From NCBI RefSeq assembly GCF_009914755.1, contig NC_060931.1: a stretch of DNA of 64,000 nucleotides, one strand, 5' to 3'. The notes beneath the pieces were generated by a model. The model saw only the letters and a list, made by a program, of their open reading frames with translations, was not told where the DNA came from and did no database searches. The translations under genes and the position numbers were made by a program. The DNA is from the human T2T-CHM13v2.0 reference genome, Homo sapiens. Positions 40,791-52,992 of this stretch are shown here, one piece after another (within the stretch, counting starts at the first letter, position 1; every line of letters starts with the position of its first letter).

Positions 40791-43700
40791 GTTCATTTAT
40801 TTTTTTAGACTCTCAGAACACAGTTGATAGTTGAACTTCCAATCTATGATAATCAACTTGGATGCTATACTGACAGGAAGATGGTGAACTCACAATGTCT
40901 AATTAAGATACAATTTAAAAAATATATTGAATCATGTCCAAAGATTTAAAAAACCTAAGCGGCAGTGTCACAATTTCTTCTTTTTAGTTTACATGGTTTC
41001 TTAAATGCCTACAATTATTTTAAAGGAAGACTTGAGTCTAGGAAAAATTGAGACATATGGAATAAATTACTAACCCATTTCTCCTTGAAATCCATTAGAT
41101 GTTTGATGATTTTTCACAGATATTTCTCAATTGAACAGCTAGTTGGGAATTAGTTTTATAAGCATATCCTTATGTAATATTTTGTTTCTAACAGTGAATT
41201 GAAGGTTTAAAGATTATTCTATCCAGAGAATAAAAGAAATTATTTCACAAGGAGAACATGTGTATGTTGACACGACATTTTAAAATCTAGATTTTAAAAT
41301 AGGTCCCACATAATTTTGAGTCAATTAGAATATGTTTGTATCAGTCTGTCTACAGTTTTACACCTGTCAAAAGGTATTTGAACTAAAAGAAGTACCTTGA
41401 ACAATTTTGAAATTTATTGTTCCTCTGAAACTGATTAAAAGAATTACGGTAGAGTGAAATTCTGGTTGGCATAATTTGGGAGAGAAATTATTCCTTGGGG
41501 ATCAACCTCTGCCAAGATAGTTTATAATGACATTGAGGCTTTTTGATTTACACAATGTATTATATAAAAAATACTAAGACGAGGACAGATATTACACAGA
41601 CTTTAATTAAAATTGTACTAAAATTAAAGGTCTAAATAAATTACAAGGGGACGTGGTACATCTAAATGTATGTTTATATATTTTATTTGTGCATTTTATT
41701 CCTAGGGTTGCTTTTCCTTTAGTATGTAAAACGTTCTTATTTGTATGACAATGTAGTCTATACTAAATAAAGAAAAATCAGGAAATAGAAAATGAAGAAG
41801 AAAACATTAGCTATTGTCAACCAAATAAAAACTGTGCAATCTCTAAGTACATGAACGAAGTATTATTTGTACAGCATGTACAATGTTTATGCTTCACAGG
41901 GTGAGGTAGAGACTGCAAAACATTGAACCTGGGACAAATAAGAAAGTAAGGAAATTTTCACAATATATTAATATTATAGAAAATGTTGAACTTAACAGTT
42001 AAGATACAAGTAGTGAAAAATGATAGTATTTAAGGAGATCTAGAAAATTTAAACTATAACAGTAATGTGTGAGAAGTATTAGAATAATGCTTGTATTTCT
42101 GGATTGGCATCGATTTCTATTGAGACTGGAAACATAATAGAAGTGAGCAAAAAAGAATTTAAATCGTGGATACTTGAGTTTTATACCTAGGAGTTCGAGA
42201 AATACATTTTGTTACCATCAAAGCAGTTGGCACAAGAGTGTACAAAATTCCCTAATTGTGTCTATGTGGTGAAGACATAGACAAACAGAGAATAGCAAAA
42301 CAGAAAGAGCAAAAAAGCACAAATAAATTTTACCTGTATTTTTACATAAAAGCCAATTAGGGTAGGAAAACATGAAATTTGTGTTTTATCAAAATTTTTC
42401 TCTTTCTTATAGTATAGTTGATTATATCACTGGAAAAAAATTGAAGCATTGGTATGTTCACAAAATAAAGTAAAATATAAGGCCAAAACCATGGGAATGC
42501 AGGGAGCAGACAAAATACACCTGAACACTGAAACTGATTTTGCCCTACGGACATGTAGCAAAATGAATGAGTGCAGATTCCTACTGTCATACATCACATA
42601 GGACAGTAAAGAAATACATAGTGTTTCCCAAGATAGGGCATCACACAGGAGCTCTTCCCTAAAGCTAGCACCAAAATTTATATCCTCAGTATAAAGAAGA
42701 ATCAGAGGTAAATTAGTCCCATTTCACATTCCCTGGAAATGGCAAATAAAAACGACTTGAGATTGGACAGATTTAAAGAAACTCAATCATTAATGATTTA
42801 CAGCAATTAATTTAAAAATTGTTTAAATGTGCTGTCCAAACATACGTCCAAACACCTTTAGGTCAAGAATTAATATAATGTGGTCCCAGAATGCTGGTGC
42901 CTTTAGTAGACTCACAAAAAAATCAAATTCTCTTTGGCAAATTTTCTTCCTACTAATATGCAAAAGTGCACAATAATAATTTTCAGAGAAAAATAAATCT
43001 TTGTCATTCAAAGGCATCAAAGTATGCAAGGAAATGATATTCCACCATTTGAAAGGAAAGCAGAAAAAGAGTACAAACAGATCCACAAAGGTTCATTAGT
43101 AGAAATATCACTGTTAGATTATAAAGCACATTTGCTTTCAAAAAATTTTTAAAAAAATGAATATATTTTTAGGAGACTAAAAAATTGATGTAGCAAATTT
43201 GAAAAGTAGTTTGTATATAGTATTTTAAATTAAAAACTCAAAACTGAACTCATCAGATTACACATGGCCATGGTGAGAGTTCCTAAATATTTCAGAATGC
43301 ATTACAGAAAATTTTAAAAAATGCACAATGTGGACAGAATCATGCAGAGACATGGAAGATACAGTGAGAAAGTGTAGCATGTGATTATGAGTGTTCTCAT
43401 AGAAGACGGGAACTGGGAAGGGACAATATGAGATGGTATTTTGGCTGAAATTTCTCAAGACTTTTGTAAGACACTAATCCGCATATTCAAAACTTCTATA
43501 CATGTTAAGCAAGCTACAATGGAGAGAAACCTACATCTACATATCTCCTAAAGAAATAGTAAACAATCAGGAAGGGAAAAATTTTTTCAATTAGCACTAG
43601 GAAAATCAAATTACCTTTAATCATATTGAAATCTGAAAGCATGAAAGGTAAAATAAACAATATTATTTGTTAAGAATAATAATGCCATTCTGAAATTCTC

Positions 43701-44036
43701 AACCAAGAAATATATTCATCAACCTATGGCTAAATAACATATTTAGAGACAAAAAACAAAATGCCACCAGCAGAATTCCACTAAAGAAACTAAAAAGAAA
43801 CTATGAAAACATGCTTCAGAAAGATTGAAGTTCTGAAGTCAAACAATGAACACAGAGCAAAATATATTGTAAACATACAGATAGCTCTAAATAAAAAATT
43901 AGGTGTTGAAACAAAAGGATATTTAAAATTAGATAAGCACTGCAATATGTATATTAGGAAGCAAATTATTAGGGCTGAAGTATTCAAAGACCCCTTAATT
44001 GTCTGACAAGAGCAGAAAGGTATGATTTTGCAACAC

Positions 44037-44339
44037 TTTTTTTTTTCTTTTTTCTGAGAAGGAGTCTCACTCACTCTTTCTCCCAGGCTGGAGTGCGGTG
44101 GCGCCATCTCCGCTCACTGAAACTTCTGCCTCCCAGGTTCAAGCAATTCTCCTGCCTCAGCCTCCTGAGTAGCTGGGATTACAGCCGTGTGCCACCATGC
44201 CTGGCTAATTTTTGTATTTTTAGTAGAGACGGGGTTTCAACAGGTTGGTCAGGCTAGTCTCCAACTCCTGACCTCGTGATCCACACGCCTCGGCATCCCG
44301 AAGTGTTGAGATTAAAGGCGTGAGCCACTGCGCGCGACC
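44037..44339 (-). mobile_element. Full-length AluS (Sg/Sc-like)
   Basis: Poly-T tail, both arms, ctcctgacctcgtgatcc. Degenerate target-site duplication (TSD) gattttgcaacac / gactttggaac. Confidence 0.93.
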
Positions 44340-45524
44340 GACTTTGGAACTTTAATAAATTGACTGGACATTATGCATTTCTCTGTTGTATCTATGAAAA
44401 CAATAAAAATAAAAGTCATAATTTTAAAACAAGAAGACAGAAAGTGATAGGAGAAAATGAGACATTTTATATATATATATATACACAACAAATTAATATA
44501 CAAAATTACGTATAAATGATCAAAGATTAACTTAAACCTAAGTAGACAATGTTTTTGTTAAAATACAAAGATTGGCAAAATTTAAAACATCCGTCTCTAT
44601 CATAGTTACAAGAGAGGCAACTAATATATGAATTTACAGAAACTTTGAAGTTCAAACAATACAGATAATGTGTATATATGATACACATACAAACATACTA
44701 CATGAATATAATTTTTTAAAAAGTTGCTATGTAGACAAAATAGAATGTAAGTTAGAAACATTTATTAAAATAAGTTAGTCTAACCAGTGTGATAAAAGTT
44801 TTAAGTTATTAGGAAGATGTGATGACTTAAATGTGCATTATCCTGATACATATATATATATACACAAACCACACACTCTCTCTCACACACACAGACACAC
44901 ACGTATTTAGAGAGAGAGTCAAATTATATAAAGCAAAAATATCAGAAAGTAGAAATGGATAAGCCCCCAAAATATTATAGACATTTCAAACACACGTCTT
45001 TCAGTAATAGATAAAAGAAAAAATTAAAAGAGTAAGTTTTAAAAGAAGCTAGTGGATTTTAAAAAGGGCAAATATTATATAAGGAGCATGAATATTATAA
45101 TTCATGTTATTTCCATGTTCATACAGAATACTTACAAAAATTAACATTTTCTAGACCATAACACACATTCAAACAATTTTCACGGAAATAACGTGACACA
45201 GAATATATTTCCTAAACAAACAGCAATGAAGGCAGATATCAATACAAAAACGAAAGCTAGAAACATAAGTCTAATAATTTTGGTTGGAAGCTATTTTAAT
45301 GAATATTGAAATATTTTAAAGGTGAATAGTCAATACAAATAAACCAAACACTTTTGTAAGGCCACTAAGATGCATGTGTAATGTGTAATGCCTCCTTTTA
45401 TAAGGAGTAAATCTGTAACATCACCTGCGCTATTTGACAACTGCAAAGTGAATTTGAGAAGGAGAGAAACAGTGAGAGAGAGAGAGATAAAACCAGTAAA
45501 ATAAACATAAACAATGAAGGAGGT

Positions 45525-45864
<340 letters not shown>

Positions 45865-48068
45865 TTAAAGCAACTGGGTATATATTTAATAATGCAAAAG
45901 CTCACGTTTTCAGAAAAATATTAAAATATTAAATCTAACAAATATCTAGTTAGACTGATGGAGAAAAATACAGAAAATGCACAAAAAACCAATTACCTGG
46001 AATGTGAACGTTACAAAACGTCAGCAGTTGTAGATTTTATATAACCAATGATTTTTGAGTTCAATCATGATGGGGTATATTGAAAAGAATCTCTCAGAAA
46101 AAAAGAAAAAGAAAACTGTTATAAAGCTATGTACAAAATGTTAAGCACTATTAAAGTCTTCCAAATCTACCAGTTATGGAATTATTGGTCTTGGACTAAC
46201 TCTCCTGAAAAGAAAAAAACAAAACAAAACAAAACCTAAAAACCTGGATAAAATGGCCTACCGTGGGCACTGGCAATGCATCCAAGCAGGTAGGACCTGG
46301 GTGCTACATTCTCTTTGTCAGAACACAAAGCATTCATACACTCTTCTCACCCTCACTTTCACCTTTTAATCTTAGGTCTACTATTAAATGTATTCAACAT
46401 TACTATCAATCCATTGGTCAAAATTTCTTCACTCACATTTTGCTTGATGCACTTGGATAGACTGTTCAAGAAAGTGCGAGTAGTGAATTCCTCAAACTCT
46501 TGCATATTCAAAATCACATTTTTGAACCTTGATGCTTGAAGTGTAGCTTGGGTAACAGATAGGCTTTAAGCCAATTTTGGCATGCAAGGGGTTGAGTTAA
46601 TTAGGCATCAGCACCGCTGAAAATCGTGGGGATGCAGGCTTAATTTCAACACTATTCTAAATACTTGAAAGATATTATATAATTCTTTAATAAACTCCTG
46701 TGTCTACAAATGGTTCACATTAACTCAATATCCATGATTAAACATCTATAAAATCAAGGCACTGTTATTTAGTGGAGACTTGCTGGCTATTCTATGAGAG
46801 GAGGTATTGTTATTGTAATCTCATCCTCTCATAAAAATGTATCATATTACTCATAACCAGCCCTTCATATTCTATTCCTATTTTGGTATTTTAAAATAAG
46901 ATATCTTTGAAACATTTGAATTCAAAGAGGGAATCTGAATAATTTTTAAAATGTCAATGAAATGCCATATCTTCCTGCTTCAACATCTATAAATTGACTA
47001 AGGTGCTTCTCTTCAAACTTTCTGGAACATTTTTTATCTAAATTCTAAGAACAATCACAATAGGTTTTAACCACAAATGTGAGAATATTCTAAATGTTAG
47101 GGTGGAAAAATTTTTTAAATAATTTATAGTAACTTTTTTCATCATAGTGACAGTGTGCTAAATTTTTTTAAGACAACTATTACTGTAGACATTTAAGTCA
47201 GGATTCTAAGAAGCTGTTCTAAAGTCCAAAATTTAGTTTCATATACACTGATACTATATATATATATATTTGCATAGAAAATTAATACATGTGAGCCGTG
47301 TTTAAAATAGTTGAGAGATTATTATATCAAAGATTCTTGATTATATAAAATGCCAATTACTAGTAGGCAGACATGCTTTAAATAATTACATAGGCAGTTG
47401 TGGTTGATTCTACTCTTGCTACTGGCATTTATATGGACATACTATTATGGTCTGAAGAATATTTAGGCAAATTTATCCCTCATATGATCAGAAGAACAAT
47501 GCAAGATAGTTTATATCTGAAAGGAAAAAAAAACTTTATATGGTTCTGAAAGCGTAAATCATTAACAACTTGGATAATAATTAGCATAAAAATACACAAA
47601 CATGCCTTCTTCCTAGCAGTAAGTACACAGTGACAACAGAATCAAAGCATGTGGCTATGTGCATGTTTATATTTCAAGACGCAGAGCACTCTATTCATCC
47701 TCTCTGCCCTTTCTAGATGGCATAATTCCTCATGAATCTAAGTGCAGTCATAGGGTGGATTAGGGTGACCTGCCATTTGTATGCAACTGATCTCTATTTT
47801 GGAAGTAATTAATGTCAAAATATATTTTTAAAGGATAATTTCAAATTTCAGGGCAAACTAGCATGGTTTCACCCCTTTTCTTTGGAACATTTTTTTCTAA
47901 GGTTGGAAAAGTAAGGTAGGCTTTAGTACGATTTTAAATAATAAGGTTTCAAAGTGAGACGCAAAATGCTGGCGCCAACACATTTCACATCTGCTACATT
48001 TTGAAGACACTTATTGGAGAAAAGACCTTCTCATCATTTTTCTCTCACAGGAAAGGAAATAACACGTA

Positions 48069-48436
48069 CAGTTGACCCTTAAGCAACACGGAGGTTGGGG
48101 TGCTGGCCCCCCTGCACAGTAGAAAATCCACTATAACTTTGACTCCCCCAAAACTTAAGTACTAATAGCCTACTGTAAGCCTTACAAATAACACAATTAA
48201 CACATATTTAATATGTTATATGTCTTATATACTGTATTCTTTAAAAACATGCCAGAGAAAAGAAAAAAGAAAATCATAAGGAAAATATATTTACTAGTTA
48301 TTAAATGGAAGTAGATGATCAAACAGGTCTTCATCCTCATCCTTTTCATGGGCAGGGTGTGGAAAACGATGTAGAATTCTTGGTTTTGCTAAGTGGACAT
48401 GCACAGTTCAAACCCCTGTGGTGCAAAGTCCAACTG
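48069..48436. mobile_element. Tigger2a/MER28-type DNA transposon
   Basis: TIRs cagttgaccctt...agtccaactg with TA on both sides; internal ataactttgactcccccaaaactta and ctaatagcctactg. Confidence 0.82.
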
Positions 48437-48530
48437 TATAGCCATTGAATAGCAATTTATTTTGAGAAATTTACCTCACTAAAATACTCTTAGAAGGATG
48501 CCAAGAAAAAAATGAATAAGTATTTTTGGT

Positions 48531-49824
48531 TCATCTATTTCATCATTTTATTTCATTATTTCATTTCCTTATTTCATCATTTCATTTCATCCTTCCATTT
48601 CATCATTTCATCATTTCATCTCATTTCCTCATTTCATCATTTCATTTCATCTTTTCATTTCATCATTTCATCATTTCATCTCATAATTTCATCTCATCAT
48701 TTTATCATTTTATTTCATTCTTTCATTTCATTTCATCATTTCATCTCAACATTTCATTTCATCATTTCACTTCATCTCATCATTTCATCATTTCATGTCA
48801 TGATTTCATTTCATCTCATCATTTTATTTTATTTCATTCTTTCATTTCATTTCATCATTTCATCTCAACATTTCATTTCATCATTTCACTTCATCTCATC
48901 ATTTAATCTCATCACTTCATTTCATCTCATCATTTCATCTTTTCATCTCATCATTTCATTTCATCATTTCATCTTTTCATCTCATTTCATTTCATCAATT
49001 CATCATTTCATCTCAACATTTCATCTCATTTCATTTCAGTACATTTCATTGTTTCATTTCTTTTCATCATTTCATCTCATTTCATTTCATCATTTCATTT
49101 CATTTATTTCATCATTTCATCATTTGACTTCATGTCATCATTTCATCATTTCATATCATTTCATCACTTCATCTTTTCATTCCATCATTTCATCATTTCA
49201 CTTCACCATTTCATTTAATTTCATTTCCTCATTTCATCATTTCATTTCATCCTTTCATCATTTCATTATTTCATTTCATCATTTCTTCTCATTGTTCCAT
49301 TTCGTCATTTCATCATTTCATCATTTCACTTCACCTCATTTCATCATCTCATGATTTCATTTCATTTCATCATTTCATCTCATTTCATCTTTTTGTCTCA
49401 TCATTTCATCATTTCATTTCATCTTTTCATCTCCTCATTTCATTTAATCATTTCGTTTCATTTCACCTTTTCATCTCATTTCATCGTTTCATTTCATCAA
49501 TTCATCATTTCATTTCATTATTTCATCATTTCATCATTCACTTCATTTCATCATTACATTTCATTTCATCATTTCATATCATTTCCTCAATTCATCATTT
49601 CATCTTTTCATTTCGTTTCATCATTTCATCATTTCATTTCATTTCACTTCATTATTTCATTTCATTATTTCATTTCATTTCATTTCACCATTTCATGTCA
49701 TCATGTCATCATTTCATTTCATCGTTTCATCATTTCATCTCACTGTTTCACTTCATTTCATCATTTCGTTTCATTCCATCATTTCATCATTTCATTTCAT
49801 CATTTCATCATTTCATTTCATTTC
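48531..49824 (+). repeat. (CATTT/CAT)n simple satellite, ~1.3 kb, nearly G-free on + strand
   Basis: Mixed tttca pentamers and tca trimers (tttcatcatttcatttcatcatttcatc), with sharp boundaries. Confidence 0.95.
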
Positions 49825-50703
49825 AGTGATACATGAATTTAAGTGCTAATGCGATGCCCAGGAGACACCCTATTTCCCTTTGTAAAACACCTCCTTCAAC
49901 AAAAGGCAACTTTTCATGGCTGGCTAAGTCTACAGGGATACCAGCCTCTCTCCAACCACCCAATTTCATGTAGAACCTCAAACAGCACCTCAGTATCATA
50001 AAAACCTAAAACATAAACACAACACTTGGTTGTAAGTGAGCCAACAGTTTCTTGTCTCTTTCTCTGCTCAAGGTTTAAGGCCGTGTCTCCGCAACTACAT
50101 TCAGTGGAAGAAAAGATCCCATGGACAAATAAGTTTGAGAATTGTTGTTGCAGGAATTCTCAGAACCTTCAAAACACAAATCCTCATCCGCAGGGATCTT
50201 CAGGAGGGAGATGGCTGATGCAGCACAACTTTCTTTCACAGGAGTATCTTGCAGAATACAGTATGAGATACAGAAAGTTTGCATTAAATCTTTTTAATGG
50301 CCCAGGCCTTGGTGGGGGTGGGGAAGGAGCTCTCCAGATAGCATCTAATGAGTAGGAATATTCAGGTGGCTTTTTATTTTTCCTTATTGGCAAAACTGTA
50401 TGTACACCATGAATGAAGCTGGTCTCCCTTATCCATGTCAAAACTAAACCCAAATTAATTGGCTAAATTGGGACTCAACACCTCCAGGAGCCACGCGGCA
50501 GAAAGCCCCAACACACTTTAAATTAGCTTACCTCATCATATTTGAGGAAAGCAAAACCCTTATGACGAGTATGCTGCTAATACAAGTCTACAGATAATGC
50601 TGTATGAAAAACTAGTTTTCCCAATCATAGCTGGCATAGTCCACATTTTGCATTACACTTTCTCCCCTTTTTTTAAATTTTTAACAGAGGTCTTTTTCTC
50701 TTC

Positions 50704-50846
50704 TTTTTTTAAATTTTAATTTAATTATACAAGACGGAGTCTCAGTATGTTGCCTAGGCTGGTATTCAACTCCTGAGCTCAAGCGATACAACCGTCTCCG
50801 CCGCCCAAAGTGCTGAGATTACAGGCCTGAGACACTGTGCCTGGCC
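50704..50846 (-). mobile_element. Free left Alu monomer (FLAM_C-like)
   Basis: agacggagtctcagtatgttgcctaggctgg...ctcctgagctcaagcgat...caaagtgctgagattacaggc...cctggcc; single arm. Confidence 0.8.
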
Positions 50847-51211
50847 TCAAACACAAATCTTCATTCATTCTTACAATTATTCCGAGGTTACAAAAATGGA
50901 AGGGGAAGAAAAATGGGAAGCAGGTAGGCTGACTTCGGCTTCATTATTTGGAAGGACAGTTTGCTCGGTTAAAACACACTACTGCCTACAAAGGCCAAGA
51001 CAACAGAAAAATACAGACTTACATAAATAGATTTTATATGTGACAGCAGTTTGAATGGAGACTTTTTCAATGCAATGAGAAACAGCTGTGCTTGGGAATA
51101 AATGACAACAAATTTTTTTATCTCAACAGCTGTCCTGAGAGCATGTCTCTACATCTCTACCTGCATTCTGGAATCAGGGAGAAAGCCAAAACGGACGACA
51201 AGACACTAGAT

Positions 51212-51402
51212 CAGCCGTGTCCAACCCTTTGACTACAAGGACTTTTCCACCTATCTGTGGTGTTGGGTATCATGAAAATTATGCACAAACCTTTTTTTTT
51301 TAATCCCATCAGCTGTTGTTAGCATTAGTGTATTTTATGTGTGGCCCAGGAGCATTCTTCTTCCAATGTGGCCCTGAGAAGCCAAAAGACTGGACACCTG
51401 TG
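51212..51402 (-). mobile_element. MER30 (hAT-Charlie) element with perfect 8-bp TSD
   Basis: TIRs cagccgtgtccaacc...actggacacctgtg; internal attagtgtattttatgtgtggccca. TSD CACTAGAT at 51204-51211 and 51403-51410. Confidence 0.88.
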
Positions 51403-51521
51403 CACTAGATCAAAAGGCTACTCCTTCTGGAAGCAATTGTAAAGAATTTCTGACATTATCTTGACATGAAAACCAATGGATAGTGGGACAGAATGCAAAA
51501 TCTTCAAGAATTTTTCTTGTC

Positions 51522-51779
51522 TTTTTTTTTTTGAGTCACGGTCTTGCTCTGTGGCCCAGGCTGGAGTACACTGGTGAGATCAGAGCTCAGTGCAGGATCA
51601 AGTGCTCCTCCCGCCTCAGTCACAGTAGTAGCTGGGACTACAGATGCACACAACCACCCCTGGCTAATATTTTATTTTTTGTAGAGATGGGGTCTCACTA
51701 TATTGTCCAGGTTGGTCCCAAACCCCTTGACTCAAGGTATCCAGGAAAGGATAACAGGTGGGAACCACCACACCTGGCT
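51522..51779 (-). mobile_element. AluJ, internally deleted
   Basis: Poly-T, ggtcttgctctgtggcccaggctggagt, gtagagatggggtctcactat, ccaccacacctggct. Confidence 0.82.
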
Positions 51780-52249
51780 ATGTGCATGAACTTTTAAGAC
51801 AAACACAAGGCCCCACAAAAGTTAAGGTTTTTCCCACCTAATTTCCAGGGGGATCTTTTGGTGCAAGGCTGAGAAGCCCTTAAAAGTACACAGACAACTC
51901 CAAAGATTCAAGACAGTTCATTTGGGCTGAGCCAGCCCACTGGGCAGACTGACCTTCAAATACGACCCACCCATGACATACACCAGATGGCTCTCCAAGA
52001 ATCTCTTCAGTCCTCAGGGTCCCTAACGTACTGGACAGAGCTAGGAAAGCAAACCGATTTGCTTCTTCCTGCAGGAAACCGCTTGATGTTAAGACCCCAC
52101 AATCAGACGAGGATGGAGTGGCTCACCCTCAGTCAACAGGCCAGACTGAAGGTGGTATAATGTCTTAACCAAGGGTGCGGGCCTCTAGTTCTGACTCCCA
52201 ACTCAGTTCTTCTTTAACAACCACACTTTGTTAATTTTCCTTAACAGGG

Positions 52250-52322
52250 GTTCCTGGCAAGTCAGTTCTCCCTCAGGCCTTTGGTTTCCTCACCTACAAG
52301 ATGAGAGGGCTGGACCAGATGG
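52250..52322 (+). mobile_element. MIR/MIR3 core fragment (second copy at ~55535-55607)
   Basis: ggcaagtcagttctccctcaggcctttggtttcctcacctacaagatgagagggctggaccagatg resembles the MIR core and MIR3 tail. Confidence 0.55.
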
Positions 52323-52614
52323 AAATTCAGGGGGTAAGGGGATGTCAGCGCGCAGCCCACGCCCACCTCCACCCCCACGGGACCCTGGAGCCTCCATCCC
52401 AGTTCCCACCACGCATCCGCTCCACAAATCCTGCCCAAGGTGAGGGCTGGTCCCGGGTCCTCTGGCTGCCGCATCAGCGAGTGCAGGAGTGAGGGGAAGC
52501 TTCCAAGGGGGTGACGTGGGCTCAAGGATGCAACTCGGCCAGGAGTAAACTGGGGCCCCGAAGGAGGTGTTCGAGCCGCTCCTGGAGCCCAGCCCGGGTC
52601 CCCGAACCCCTTAC

Positions 52615-52842
52615 CTCCAGGGTCTGTATCTCCTGCTGGGTGAGGTCGTTGGACACAGCACACTTGGTGCATAGCCCGCAAAGGCTGCCAGTGAAGATGA
52701 CGATGAGCTTCTGGAGCTGCCCGCACTGCTGCAGCGCTCGGGTGGCCCCAGCCCCTGCGCCACCCTCGGTGGCCGCCGCATCACCCCCGCCACCGCCCTC
52801 CTTCTCTCCCATGGCCTCTGCGCGCAACGCTGCTCTATGCAG
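52615..52842 (-). pseudogene. KSR1P: Unprocessed KSR1 (kinase suppressor of Ras 1) exon-1 copy A; first ATG lost, frame open from second Met, splice donor intact
   Basis: Translates (L)[75 protein letters not shown]|gtaagg. This matches the recalled KSR1 N-terminus [77 protein letters not shown]. Similarity stops exactly at a GT donor (52614-52613), so this is a genomic duplication and not a retrocopy. No further KSR1 exons are seen. Confidence 0.93.
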
Positions 52843-52992
52843 GCCACAGGGGCCTAGGCAGGGAGCCCGGGGCGCCCGCGCCTAGGCAAGGAACCACTGA
52901 GCCAGGAGAGCTGGACCAGGAGCAGCCCTCGGCGCTGCCCTTGCCAGGATGCCAGTAGAGCTGGCAGCCGAGTCTGCTGCTCCCGCCCTCAG

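Noticed and set aside
48512-49836. 280-aa and 161-aa Phe/His/Ile/Ser-rich ORFs
   Set aside because: The strand is almost G-free, so TGA/TAG are nearly impossible and TAA is rare in the repeat. The open frames are compositional artefacts.
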